64,000 nt of DNA from Candidatus Sericytochromatia bacterium (GTDB lineage: Bacteria > Cyanobacteriota > Sericytochromatia > S15B-MN24 > UBA4093), in assembly GCA_036676495.1 (NCBI GenBank), contig JAKFCT010000066.1, positions 1 through 64,000 of the forward strand, in the 5' to 3' direction. Numbering within the stretch: position 1 is the stretch's first letter; every line of letters starts with the position of its first letter. The position numbers and the translations under genes are program-made. The notes under the pieces are model-generated. The model had not been told where the DNA came from and did no database searches. It saw only the letters and a list, made by a program, of their open reading frames with translations. Below, piece by piece: positions 9,454 through 18,971 of the stretch.

Positions 9454-11013
9454 ATGACCATCCAGCAGAAACTCATCTTCCACGTGGTCTCGGTGGGAGC
9501 GCTCATCTTGCTATTCCAGCTCTTCGTCGGCTTCCAGATGAGCCTCGCGACCGGGCTCTTCTTCGTCGCGCTCCTCTTCATCGACCTGGCCGGCGACTTC
9601 TGGACGCTGCTTACCATTCGCCGGGACGTCAATACCGTGATGGACAACCTCGTGGCCGTCAGCGAGGGGGATCTCAGCCGGGAGGTGCCGACCTCCGAGG
9701 CCAAGGACGAGACGGCCGCCATGCTGCGGACGGTCAAGCGCATGGTCGCTGGCCTGCGCAGCTTGATTTCCGAGGTGCGCGGGGCCGCCGATGAAGTGGA
9801 GGCCGGCGTGATCCGGATTTCCAGCGGCACCGAGCAGACGGCCAAAGCCTCGGACCGCCAGCTCGGCGCCATCGCGTCGGCCACGGGCAGCGTCGCCACC
9901 ATGGCCGAGCGCAGCCGCGCCGTGGGCAAGAACGCCCAGGCCCTCTCCGAGAACGCGGACGTGGCGTCGCGCTCGGTGCATGAGATGGTGGCGGCGATCC
10001 GTCAGGTGGCGGGCCATACCGACGCGCTGGCCGCGGCCGTCTCCCAGACTTCGGCCTCGATCGAGCAGATGGCTGCAAGCATCCAGCAGGTCGCCACGCA
10101 CGTCGACGAGGCGAGCAATGTCTCCGAACACTCGGCCCAGGCCGCTCAGGACGGGCGCGCGGCCGTCGAGCAAAGCATTGCCGGCATGGCCCGCATCCAG
10201 GAGACCATGACCGCCATCGTGACCTCCATCGAAGGCCTGGGGAGGCGCTCGGAGGAAATCGGCGCCATCATCGCGGTGATCGACGACATCGCGGATCAGA
10301 CCAACCTCCTGGCCCTGAACGCGGCCATCGAGGCGGCGCGCGCCGGGGACCACGGCCGGGGCTTCGCGGTGGTCGCCGACGAGGTCAGGAAGCTCGCCGA
10401 GCGCTCCTCGAAGGCCACCGGCGAGATTGCCTCCCTCATCCAGGGCATCCAGCGGGAGACCACCCAGGCGGTGAACAGCACCGAGCAGGGCCGCAAGGCC
10501 ATCGTCGAGGGCACGCACCTCGCGACACGAGCCGGCGATTCCCTGGGAGTCATCGTCGCGTCCGTCGGCCAGGTCTCCCACCTGATGACGCAGATCTCCC
10601 AGGCCTCCCACGAGCAGGCACGGGCGGCCTCGCAGATCACCGAAGCCGTCGGCTCCATGAATCTGCTCACCCAGCAGGTTTCCGACGCCACGCGCTCCCA
10701 GGCGCAACGCTCCGAGCAGGTTCTGGAGGAGGTCGCCATGATGACCGAGCGCATCCCCGAGGTCTCCCGCTCCAGCATGGCGCAGGAGGAAGGCGGCAAG
10801 GAGGTACTTTCCGCCGTCGCCGCCATCCGGCAATCCGCCGAAGAGAGCGCCCGGGCCACCGACGATATCACGCGCTCGGCACGGGAACTGCAGGATCGCG
10901 CCCGGCGCATGCAAGTGGCCATCTCGGCCTTCAAGGACAAAGGCGCCCCCCCGCCCCGCCAGACGTCCTCTCCCTCGTTGCCGCCCGCCCGTGAGCATGT
11001 CAGAATGCCCTGA
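9454..11013 (+). CDS. Methyl-accepting chemotaxis protein
   Basis: Two short TMs, HAMP-like region, [38 protein letters not shown]; start after AAGGGG. Confidence 0.93.
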   Translation: MTIQQKLIFHVVSVGALILLFQLFVGFQMSLATGLFFVALLFIDLAGDFWTLLTIRRDVNTVMDNLVAVSEGDLSREVPTSEAKDETAAMLRTVKRMVAGLRSLISEVRGAADEVEAGVIRISSGTEQTAKASDRQLGAIASATGSVATMAERSRAVGKNAQALSENADVASRSVHEMVAAIRQVAGHTDALAAAVSQTSASIEQMAASIQQVATHVDEASNVSEHSAQAAQDGRAAVEQSIAGMARIQETMTAIVTSIEGLGRRSEEIGAIIAVIDDIADQTNLLALNAAIEAARAGDHGRGFAVVADEVRKLAERSSKATGEIASLIQGIQRETTQAVNSTEQGRKAIVEGTHLATRAGDSLGVIVASVGQVSHLMTQISQASHEQARAASQITEAVGSMNLLTQQVSDATRSQAQRSEQVLEEVAMMTERIPEVSRSSMAQEEGGKEVLSAVAAIRQSAEESARATDDITRSARELQDRARRMQVAISAFKDKGAPPPRQTSSPSLPPAREHVRMP

Positions 11014-11138
11014 GCGGCCATGTCTCGCTGATTCCACCCCGAGCCAGCAACTTTCTGCCAGGCCGGCATCCCGCTAGAGGAGGAGCACCATGACCTCAAT
11101 CGCCGTTTCGACACCCTCGGAGGGAAGGGAGCGCCGCG

Positions 11139-12371
11139 ATGAACGAGCCTAAACCCTGGATTCCCCCGTTCGCCGTCATGGCGGGCATGGCCGGCCATGG
11201 CCTCTCTTGGCTGCTCCTGGCGCTCACCCCCTGGCCCAGCGTGCCGGGCCTGACCTTCCCGGCGTTGGCCTGGATTCACATGGTCGCGCTCGGCTGGCTC
11301 ACGATGACCGCCCTGGCCGTCATGGTGCATGTGATCCCGGGCTTCCTCGACACCGACTGGGAGCTGGAACCCGTGGCCCGCTGGTCGCTCCTTCCCTACG
11401 GCATCGGAACCCTCTTGCTGGTCTCAGCCTTCCTGGGCATCGGCCCTTGGGCGTTTCAATGGGGAGCGGGCTTCCTCATCGCGAGCCTGATCGGCTTCAT
11501 GCTCCCGGCCTTCATCACGATGATCCGCTACCAGGTTCCTCCGGGCACCAAGGTCCCCTACCGCTTCGCGTTCACCTCGGTGCTCACGGCCCTGCTCGCC
11601 GCCGCCATCCTCGGCGGCATCATGGCCTGGGCCCTGGCCGGAGCCCCCTGGGCCCATCTGCTGGCAACCCTGCTTCCGCTGCATGCGATCCTCGCCGGCG
11701 GGGGCTGGCTGAGCCTGCTCATCTTGGGAGTCTCGGCCCGCACCATCTTCCCGGTCACCGGCCGGAAGCGCTTCTTGCTGCCCTTCCACGTGATCATCTC
11801 CGCGGGCTTCTTCGGGGGGCTGATCCTGCTCCTGCTCGGCCTCTTGCCGGGCGTCGCGCACGTGGCCTGGCGCTGGCTCGGCGTGGCTCTCGCGGGCCTC
11901 GCCGCCGTTCTTTACCTGGTCGACATCGCCAAGGTCCTCTGGAAGGCCCCGAACACCAACCGGCCTCCGCAGGCCTTCATCGCGGCCTCGCTCGTCTACT
12001 TCGTGATGACCGTGATCCTCGGCGCCGGAGTGAACGCGGGAAATGCCGCCTGGCAGGCGCCCCTGGCCTTCGTGGCCCTGGTCGGCTGGATGGGGCAGTC
12101 GGTGAACGGCTACCTGCTGCATATCGGGATTCGCCTGATGCTCACCATGGTGCGCGGAGACGAGGACGAGACCATGCCGGGCGAGGTGACGCCCGCAGCC
12201 TGGTCGTGGACCTCGTTCGCGCTCTTCCAACTCGCGATCCTCTGGGGAACCGGCGCCCTGCTCGCGGGGCGCGGCGAATGGCTGCCCCTTTCCGGGATCC
12301 TGGGCTTGCTCGGCTGGTTCTGGCTCGTGGGAAGCGCCTGGCACTCCTACCGCCGCGCCCGGATCGCCTGA
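11139..12371 (+). CDS. 12-TM membrane protein, heme-copper-oxidase/NnrS-like fold
   Basis: Three 4-TM units with WIHMVALGW...VIPG, LHAILAGGGW...IFP, FVALVGW...LLH; similar to 27549-28856. Confidence 0.7.
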   Translation: MNEPKPWIPPFAVMAGMAGHGLSWLLLALTPWPSVPGLTFPALAWIHMVALGWLTMTALAVMVHVIPGFLDTDWELEPVARWSLLPYGIGTLLLVSAFLGIGPWAFQWGAGFLIASLIGFMLPAFITMIRYQVPPGTKVPYRFAFTSVLTALLAAAILGGIMAWALAGAPWAHLLATLLPLHAILAGGGWLSLLILGVSARTIFPVTGRKRFLLPFHVIISAGFFGGLILLLLGLLPGVAHVAWRWLGVALAGLAAVLYLVDIAKVLWKAPNTNRPPQAFIAASLVYFVMTVILGAGVNAGNAAWQAPLAFVALVGWMGQSVNGYLLHIGIRLMLTMVRGDEDETMPGEVTPAAWSWTSFALFQLAILWGTGALLAGRGEWLPLSGILGLLGWFWLVGSAWHSYRRARIA

Positions 12372-12390
12372 TCTCCGAACGCTTTCGCGT

Positions 12391-12429
12391 CGAAGGCCCC
12401 CGGTCGGAACTTCCGACCGGGGGCCTTCG
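12391..12429. terminator. Perfect 19-bp inverted repeat between convergent genes
   Basis: CGAAGGCCCCCGGTCGGAA-C-TTCCGACCGGGGGCCTTCG. Confidence 0.8.
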
Positions 12430-12480
12430 GTTACCCGTCTTGCGCGAGGATTCACGGGAAAGGGACAGCTTGGGGATTTT

Positions 12481-12528
12481 GTGGCGCGGGCCGCTGCGCC
12501 CATGGTGGCGCGGGCCTCTGCGCCCGTG
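12481..12528. repeat. 24-bp tandem duplication
   Basis: GTGGCGCGGGCCGCTGCGCCCATG / GTGGCGCGGGCCTCTGCGCCCGTG (22/24 identical). Confidence 0.8.
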
Positions 12529-12550
12529 CGGAATGCACCCCCCTGACCCG

Positions 12551-13813
12551 CTAGCGAATCACGGAGCGATCGATCACCGAGACGGTGCCGTCCATCATGT
12601 TCGAGACGTAGGCCTTTCCGGCCGTGAAGGCCGCCTTGTGCATGCCCTTGCCCACCGTGATCACGGCGACCACCTTCTGGGCCTCGGCGTCCACCACGGT
12701 CACGGAGTCGTCCCCGTCGCCCCCGACCCAGATCTGCTGGGCGATCGCCGGATCCCCGCTCGTTTCAGGCTTCGTCACCGCGAAGGCATGCATCGGCTGG
12801 CTGGGCCGATCGGGCAGGTTTCGGCCGACCTTGAGCTGCGCGTGAAGCCGCTTTTCGGCGAGGTCGACGACCGCAACCTCCCCGGCACCCTTGCTGGTCA
12901 CGTAGGCGTAGCGCCCGTCCCCGCGCAGGACCATGTCGCTCGGAGTCGAGCCGACCTGGAAGGTCTTGAGCGCGGCCTTGGCCTTCAGGTCGTAGAGCGT
13001 GACGGTGTTGGAGGTGGCGTGGGCGACGACCAGGGTGGCGCCGCCGTCGTGCGCGGAGATGGCGATCGCCGCCGGGCCGTTCCCCTCCTTCAGCGTCGTG
13101 ACCGCGTGGGGATCCCCGAGCGCGACGAAGGAGACCGAGTTGTCGGCTTTGTTGGCGACCGCCAGGTAGCCGCCTCCGGCGGCGAGCGTGCCCGCCGTGA
13201 AGTCATGGACGCCCTCCCGGTTCACGTTGAGGGTCTCGGTCACGGCGTCCGCCTCGAAGCCGGAGGGCCAGGTGACCTTCACGACGTTGGCGGCATGGCC
13301 TTCCATCATGGTGTGCTGGCCGCTCGAGGGGAGCAGGGAGACGTAGGCGGTCGTGGCGTCGGCCCAGGCGAGGTTGCCGGGCTTGGCTGTGAGCGTGACC
13401 GATCGGACCACGTCCTGGGTTTCGCCCTTGACGATCCTCAGCACATTGGCCTTGGTGTCGAGCGCGATGGCGTAACGGCCGTCCGGGGTGGTCATGGGGG
13501 TGTTGGGGCTGGCGTGATCCTTGCCGCCGGGTAGTTCCAGGGTCTTGACCACCGTGTCGCTCGCGGGGTCGATCAGGGAGAGGGTGCCGGAGGCAGTGTT
13601 GGCGTTGACGAGGATGCCCCCGGCGAGGACGATGCCGTGCGGGTGATCGCCCACTTTGAGGGTCGATTTGGCGCTCAGCTTGAGGGCGTCGGCGGGGATG
13701 TCGAGGGCTCCGACTCCGGTGGGAGTGGGGCAGCCCGCGAGGACGAGGGCGAGGGTGAGGGCGAGGGGAGTGGCGATCGCCCGGGGGGCGATTCGTTTCG
13801 ACGATGGCGTCAT
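12551..13813 (-). CDS. YncE/YVTN beta-propeller lipoprotein, His/Met-rich
   Basis: Lipobox LAGC; YVTS, TVSVID, VGxxP repeats; HPHG, QHTMMEGH, PMH, GMH. Confidence 0.85.
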   Translation of the reverse strand: MTPSSKRIAPRAIATPLALTLALVLAGCPTPTGVGALDIPADALKLSAKSTLKVGDHPHGIVLAGGILVNANTASGTLSLIDPASDTVVKTLELPGGKDHASPNTPMTTPDGRYAIALDTKANVLRIVKGETQDVVRSVTLTAKPGNLAWADATTAYVSLLPSSGQHTMMEGHAANVVKVTWPSGFEADAVTETLNVNREGVHDFTAGTLAAGGGYLAVANKADNSVSFVALGDPHAVTTLKEGNGPAAIAISAHDGGATLVVAHATSNTVTLYDLKAKAALKTFQVGSTPSDMVLRGDGRYAYVTSKGAGEVAVVDLAEKRLHAQLKVGRNLPDRPSQPMHAFAVTKPETSGDPAIAQQIWVGGDGDDSVTVVDAEAQKVVAVITVGKGMHKAAFTAGKAYVSNMMDGTVSVIDRSVIR

Positions 13814-13854
13814 GGGGGGATTCCTTTCGGTGATGGGCTCGACCTTGCGGGAGC

Positions 13855-14823
13855 CTAGAAGTAGCGGTAGTAGACGAGGAAGAGGGTCTGGTCGGTCATG
13901 GCGTTGAGCTGCGGCCCCATGCCGGGATCCGCACCGTAGGCGAGCCGGACGCCTTGTTCCGGGACGAAGCGCCATTCCACGCTGGGCATCAGCTTCAGCT
14001 TGCCGAGCATGGAGTCGGCCGTCGCCGGATCCGAGTTTCCAAGCGACCCGTAATAGCCGGACGCCCCGAGTCCCAGCCGCCAGCCGGGAAGGATCTCGAG
14101 GGCCACCTGCGTCTGCGCCGTGGCGACCTGACCGATGTAGAAGGTGCTGGTCGCCCCGGCGGGCGGCCGGGTCATGGGGCGCTGGTAGCCGACGCTGGCC
14201 GTCAGCTCCCAGGGGCCGGAGATCTTCAGGAGGCTGAGCCCGCCTAGGCCGCTCCAGACCCCGCTTCCGGTGAAGTTCTCCGGACTCCCGGTACTGTTTC
14301 CGGAGGGCAGGACGAGGCCAAGCCAGAGCGATAGCGAGGGCCAGATCTCATCTCCCCGAAAGGCGACGGCGGAGGCCTGGAGGAGCATATCGCCGAGACC
14401 TCCTCCCGAGAGCGAGCCGGCCGTTGCGTCCAGGGGCACGACCGAACCCAAGGAGCCCCATTGGGCTTGGTGCAGGCGGTTGGCGGCCATGGGGACGTGT
14501 AGCCCCAGGGACCAGCCGTCGGTAGGGAAGTACGTGAGCCCCAGGGTGGCCTGGAGCGAGGCGAGACTGCTGCCGGTCGGCTTGGGCGTCCAGGCGCTTC
14601 GCTCGTTGAAGCTGCCGGTGACGTCGCGCAGGTTGAGGCCGGTTTGCACGAGGAACTTGCCCGGAGCACTGAACTGCAGGGCCGACCCCGAGAGGGTGGT
14701 GAACTCCGAGCTGCTGCTCGACATCGAGACGCAGCAATCATTGGCGCGCGCTGGGGCGATCGCCAGCAACGCCGAGCCCATCGCCGCCAGGAGGGCGACG
14801 GGCAGGCTGAACCGAATGGCCAT
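13855..14823 (-). CDS. Putative outer-membrane beta-barrel transporter (MetA-pathway/transporter-like)
   Basis: Signal peptide, NDCC at mature N-terminus, GLGD motif, alternating strands, C-terminal YYRYF; start 14823 or 14829. Confidence 0.7.
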   Translation of the reverse strand: MAIRFSLPVALLAAMGSALLAIAPARANDCCVSMSSSSSEFTTLSGSALQFSAPGKFLVQTGLNLRDVTGSFNERSAWTPKPTGSSLASLQATLGLTYFPTDGWSLGLHVPMAANRLHQAQWGSLGSVVPLDATAGSLSGGGLGDMLLQASAVAFRGDEIWPSLSLWLGLVLPSGNSTGSPENFTGSGVWSGLGGLSLLKISGPWELTASVGYQRPMTRPPAGATSTFYIGQVATAQTQVALEILPGWRLGLGASGYYGSLGNSDPATADSMLGKLKLMPSVEWRFVPEQGVRLAYGADPGMGPQLNAMTDQTLFLVYYRYF

Positions 14824-14873
14824 GGCCATTCTCTCCTTTCCGAATCAACAGGGGGGGCGACGCGCGGTAAGCG

Positions 14874-15266
14874 CTAGGCCCGGATTCGAGGAGGGGGAAT
14901 GGGTGGGGTCAGGCTCGGCGAGGGACGCGGATCAGGCACGAAGGCCCGGACGTCGCTAAGGCCCGAGAGGGCCGGGATGTGCGGCGGGGAAAGCAGCAAT
15001 GCCGGCGGCTGGGGTTCTGGCAGGGAGAAGTGGGCCGGGGCCGTTTCGCTGCCGGCAGCGGCATGCATGTGGCAGGCAGGCCCGGCGTCGGCCGCTACGG
15101 CTTCCACGCCGCAAACCGAGCGGCAGGAGCAGAGCGCGGTGCACTGGCAGCGGTTGATGGCGCAAGGGTTGCCCAGCCCGTCCCCGAGGCAGGGGCGGGG
15201 AAGATCCTTGGCCCCCATCGAGAGGAAGGCCAAGGCAATCAACAGCAGGCGCCAGAACCGTGTCAT
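14874..15266 (-). CDS. Cys-rich secreted leader protein, CutF/DUF2946-like
   Basis: Signal peptide, 8 Cys including CHMH, C-terminal PPIPPPRIRA. Confidence 0.65.
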   Translation of the reverse strand: MTRFWRLLLIALAFLSMGAKDLPRPCLGDGLGNPCAINRCQCTALCSCRSVCGVEAVAADAGPACHMHAAAGSETAPAHFSLPEPQPPALLLSPPHIPALSGLSDVRAFVPDPRPSPSLTPPIPPPRIRA

Positions 15267-15498
15267 GAGTCACTCGCGCTTTCAGCGCTCAGTGGTCGGC
15301 GCGCCGAATGTCGGCCACCGCTCCGAGCATGGGGAGGACGATCCGGGCCGCGAGGCCTGCGATGACGGCAATCGGAACGCCGGTTTCGCCGAATCTTCGC
15401 ATGAGGCTCGCACCGGTGGATCCGAAGGCTGCTTCCGGATGCCAGCTTACCATGTCAACCCCTCCGGAGGAGGCCTCCCGGGAGCGTGGAGTCGGAGC

Positions 15499-16197
15499 TC
15501 ATTCGGCCAGGATGAGATTTTCGAGCCCAAGCCGATCGATGACCGTGATGATTCCCCCGCGCTCGTAGCGCAGGATGGCGGGTTCATGGCACCACTCTCG
15601 GATCAGCCGGACGCACTCCTCGTAGGTGATCCCCACCATGCGGGAGAGCGTGCCGTGAGGCAGCTTGGTCTTGAGCAGGAGTCCCTCGGGGGTCGGAGTT
15701 CCGCCTTCGCGATCGAGGACCCGCAGGATCAGGCAGGCCAGCCGGATCTGCGCGCGCTCGGAAACCACCGAATGCAGCGCGTCCTGGGTGTCGCGCAGCC
15801 GCTGGGCGAAAGCCACCAGCAGCTTCATGGCGAGCCCGGGGTTCTCGGCCAGGTGAGACTGGATATCGTCGAGGCGAATCTCCAGGACCTCGCTCTTCTC
15901 GGCGGCGACCACCGTCCCGGGGGCGACCTTGCGGTCGAAGAGGGCGGCCACGGCGAAAATCTCGTTCGGGCGGATCAGCCGAACCACGGTCTCCTTGCCG
16001 CTGGAGGCGGATTTCCGGATTTCCAGCCCGCCGCTCATCAGGATGCGCAGCGTCGGCTCGAGCGGATCTCCCTCGTGAAAAAGCACCTCGGAGGCATGCA
16101 CGGCCCGCACCCGGGCATGCTCGCTCAGGTGCCGGACCTCGGCCTCGTCGAGTCCCCGAAAGAAATCGAGCTGCGTCAGATCGAGCGTCGTGGTCAT
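15499..16197 (-). CDS. Crp/Fnr-family transcriptional regulator (paralog 1)
   Basis: LFHEGD cNMP-like domain, HTH MVGITYEECVRLIREW; no FNR Fe-S cysteine cluster. Confidence 0.92.
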   Translation of the reverse strand: MTTTLDLTQLDFFRGLDEAEVRHLSEHARVRAVHASEVLFHEGDPLEPTLRILMSGGLEIRKSASSGKETVVRLIRPNEIFAVAALFDRKVAPGTVVAAEKSEVLEIRLDDIQSHLAENPGLAMKLLVAFAQRLRDTQDALHSVVSERAQIRLACLILRVLDREGGTPTPEGLLLKTKLPHGTLSRMVGITYEECVRLIREWCHEPAILRYERGGIITVIDRLGLENLILAE

Positions 16198-16222
16198 GGG
16201 CACCTCCTCTTGATCATTAACC

Positions 16223-16269
16223 ATGTTACTTAATAGATGCTTGCCCGGGGATCCGTAGTTTCCCCCGAA
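16223..16269. promoter_or_regulatory. Motif B site and -10 in the divergent Crp/NuoF-like promoter
   Basis: ATCCGTAGTTTCCCCCGAA at 16251-16269; minus-strand TAACAT at 16228-16223; TTGACA at 16294 on plus strand. Confidence 0.65.
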
Positions 16270-16381
16270 TGCGGGGTGGGGCGCAGCGCGGGCTTGACAA
16301 CCCTCTTTAGATAGCTTACCACTGAAGCAGACAAATCAGAGTAACTTGGTCAGGTTTTTGCCGGATGCCGTGAGGAGAATC

Positions 16382-17767
16382 ATGAACGCCGCGTATCGAC
16401 TGCTTCCCGAGGCCCCCCTGCGCTCCTTGAAGGAGTGCCCCGAGGCGGGTTTGGCCCTCGCCAAAGCCCGGAAGCTGGGTCCTGAGGGGACGATCGCCCA
16501 GGTGAGGGCCGCCGGCCTGCGCGGAAGGGGCGGCGCGGGCTTCCCGACCGCCACCAAGTGGGAGAATATCCGCGCGGAGGCCTGCCCGACCAAGTTTCTC
16601 GTCTGCAACGCCGCCGAGGGAGAGCCCGGCACCTTCAAGGATCGCACGTTGATCCGCTCCAACCCTTACGTCTTGCTCGAAGGAGTGGCGATCGCCGCCT
16701 TCGCCATCGGCGCCACGGCCGCCTACATCGGTATGAAGGAGACCTTCACCCGCGAATACGCCATCCTGGAAGCCGCCCTCGCGGAGATGGCCGACGCGGG
16801 CTTCCTGGGCGAGATCCCGATTCACCTCGCCATGGGCGCCGACGAGTACCTGCTCGGCGAGGAGAAGGGCCTCCTGGAAGCCATCGAGGGCAACTTCCCC
16901 TTCCCCCGCATCCTGCCACCGTATCTGCATGGCCTCTTCGCGCCCCAGGGCATGTTCGTCACCGAGGGCGGAGAGAACCCCACCTCGGTCAACAACGCCG
17001 AGACCCTCAGCCACGCGGCGCGCATCCTACTTCACGGCCCGGAGGGCTTCCGCGAGATTGGCAGCCCCCAGCACCCGGGCACCGGCATCTTCACCTTGGT
17101 CGGAGACGTTGAGCGTCCTGGCGTCTACGAGCTGCCCACCGGCACTCTGTTCCGGACCCTGCTCGAGGAATACGGCGGCGGCATGAAGGACGGCCGCGCC
17201 TTCAAGATGATGCTCTCCGGCGTTTCCTCGGGAGCCCTGACCGCGGCGCACCTCGACGTGCCCATGGATCTGCCCTCGATGAAGGCGGCGGGTTCGGGCT
17301 TCGGCTCGGGGGGCTACATCGTCTACGACGAGACCGCGGATGCGGTGGCGATCGCCAACCTCTACTCCCGCTTCCTCGCCAACGAGTCCTGCGGCCAGTG
17401 CCCGTCCTGCAAAACCGGCACCGGCACCATCACCAAGCACCTGGAGCGCCTCGTGACGGGCAAGGCCTCGGATCGTGACCTCGCGGAGATCGATCATGCC
17501 CTGGACCGCGTCGCCTCGGGCAACCGCTGCTTCCTGCCGATCGCCGAGCGCACCCTCATCGCGAGCCTGCTCGCGGACTTCACGGCGGACTTCCACGCGG
17601 CGCTCCAGCCGGGTTACGCCCCGGCGCGCACGCTCGACCTTCCCAAGCTGTTGGACTTCGACCCCGAGACGCGGCACTTCACCTTCGATCCCAAGTATCC
17701 GCTCAAGCGTCCGGACGGCTCCTACAACTCCGCCGAGGCCGGCCCCTACCGCTACGCCTCGCACTAG
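16382..17767 (+). CDS. Stand-alone NuoF/HoxF-like NADH-binding FMN/4Fe-4S protein
   Basis: GLRGRGGAGFPT, CNAAEGEPGTFKDR, NNAETL, ESCGQCPSC...C. Confidence 0.88.
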   Translation: MNAAYRLLPEAPLRSLKECPEAGLALAKARKLGPEGTIAQVRAAGLRGRGGAGFPTATKWENIRAEACPTKFLVCNAAEGEPGTFKDRTLIRSNPYVLLEGVAIAAFAIGATAAYIGMKETFTREYAILEAALAEMADAGFLGEIPIHLAMGADEYLLGEEKGLLEAIEGNFPFPRILPPYLHGLFAPQGMFVTEGGENPTSVNNAETLSHAARILLHGPEGFREIGSPQHPGTGIFTLVGDVERPGVYELPTGTLFRTLLEEYGGGMKDGRAFKMMLSGVSSGALTAAHLDVPMDLPSMKAAGSGFGSGGYIVYDETADAVAIANLYSRFLANESCGQCPSCKTGTGTITKHLERLVTGKASDRDLAEIDHALDRVASGNRCFLPIAERTLIASLLADFTADFHAALQPGYAPARTLDLPKLLDFDPETRHFTFDPKYPLKRPDGSYNSAEAGPYRYASH

Positions 17768-17812
17768 GTTCCTGCTGCCTGGCCTCACAACCTCCATCGT
17801 GGCAGGAGTCCC

Positions 17813-17844
17813 GCGCCGCCTCCCCCATCCGGGGGAGGCGGCGC
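17813..17844. terminator. GC-rich hairpin between convergent genes
   Basis: GCGCCGCCTCCCCC-ATCC-GGGGGAGGCGGCGC. Confidence 0.75.
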
Positions 17845-17853
17845 CCTTGACGG

Positions 17854-18369
17854 TTAGAGTCGATCCCCCTTCGTCACGGTCGCCGCGTAAGCCGACTCGT
17901 ACTCGTCGAAAGTGACGCGACCATCCTGGTTGGTATCGTACCCGGGCGGGATTTCCGGGCCGCTGAGCTCCATGTCGCTATCGCGGTCCGCTGCGGTGAA
18001 CATCTGGACCAATTGACCATGGAGCCGGTGGGCAAACCGCATGACGATCGCATGGGCCCCGAACTCCTCGAAGGACAACTTGCCATCACGATTGGCATCG
18101 ACCTCGGCGAACGTCCCGAAGGTCTCCTGTCCCAGCACATAGCTTCTGCCCTCACCGCCGGCCTCATTGGCGGTGAGGAAACCACTCTGGTCCCGGTCGG
18201 TCTCATCGAACTGCATGCGCATGAAGGTCCGAGTACTGGCGACGAGGGCCTTGAAACTCGCCTTCGACTGGGCCGAAACCGGCAACTCCGGGGAGGTCTT
18301 GAGCCAGGGAGACGTGCCGCACCCCGCGAGGATCATCAAGGCAAACGGTATCACTGCAAGCTTCTTCAA
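17854..18369 (-). CDS. EF-hand lipoprotein
   Basis: Lipobox LAGC; four EF loops DRDQSGFLTANE, DANRDGKLSFEE, DRDSDMELSGPE, DTNQDGRVTFDE. Confidence 0.85.
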   Translation of the reverse strand: MKKLAVIPFALMILAGCGTSPWLKTSPELPVSAQSKASFKALVASTRTFMRMQFDETDRDQSGFLTANEAGGEGRSYVLGQETFGTFAEVDANRDGKLSFEEFGAHAIVMRFAHRLHGQLVQMFTAADRDSDMELSGPEIPPGYDTNQDGRVTFDEYESAYAATVTKGDRL

Positions 18370-18971
18370 CGGATTTCTCTTTCCTGTAATGAACGGACGG
18401 ATTGGATGGTTTTCTTATATGAGAAAGCCGTTACAGTCGCGTATCAAGATTCACGAACCAGCCCCGTCAGGGCATCGAACAGGTCCGGGGGCAAGTCGCC
18501 ATTTCATCGCGTCGCCCGCCGGCAACCCGCTGACGCCCTCGAAGGTCGAGCTCGGCCTCAGGCTCTAAGACGCCCACGCTGCGGAACATCGCGCGCTCGG
18601 CCCCCTACCCCAGCGAGCCCCACTCCTCCTTGGGCATTCCTCAGGACCTCCTGGAGTGAGCCCATGGTCGGCCGACTTGCGTCGCACGGAGGTCGTTGAT
18701 GCCGGCGCGACCACGTAAGTGAGAGTTCCATTCCCGCTTGGCACTCGGAAAATTAATTGCGATTTTCTGGGTGATTGGGAGATATGTCGATCGAAACGGC
18801 TTCTTGATTGATGGGAAAGTGGGGAAGTTGATGTAAGGTCAAACCCCATGGCCGAGCGTGTGGGGGCATGCCTTGGGTGCAGGCGCCCCTAGGCCATGGA
18901 CGGGTTTGGCGGCCAGGCGTGGCAAGAAGTGAGAACTCGCTGCTTCGCCCGGCCCATCGGAGGGAATCAGA

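Noticed and set aside
12481-12528. 24-bp repeat as CRISPR or REP array
   Set aside because: Only two adjacent copies, no spacers, no cas genes
18565-18849. Short ORFs in the low-GC patch (also 19281-19551, 20644-20916)
   Set aside because: No RBS or recognisable motif; possibly gene fragments
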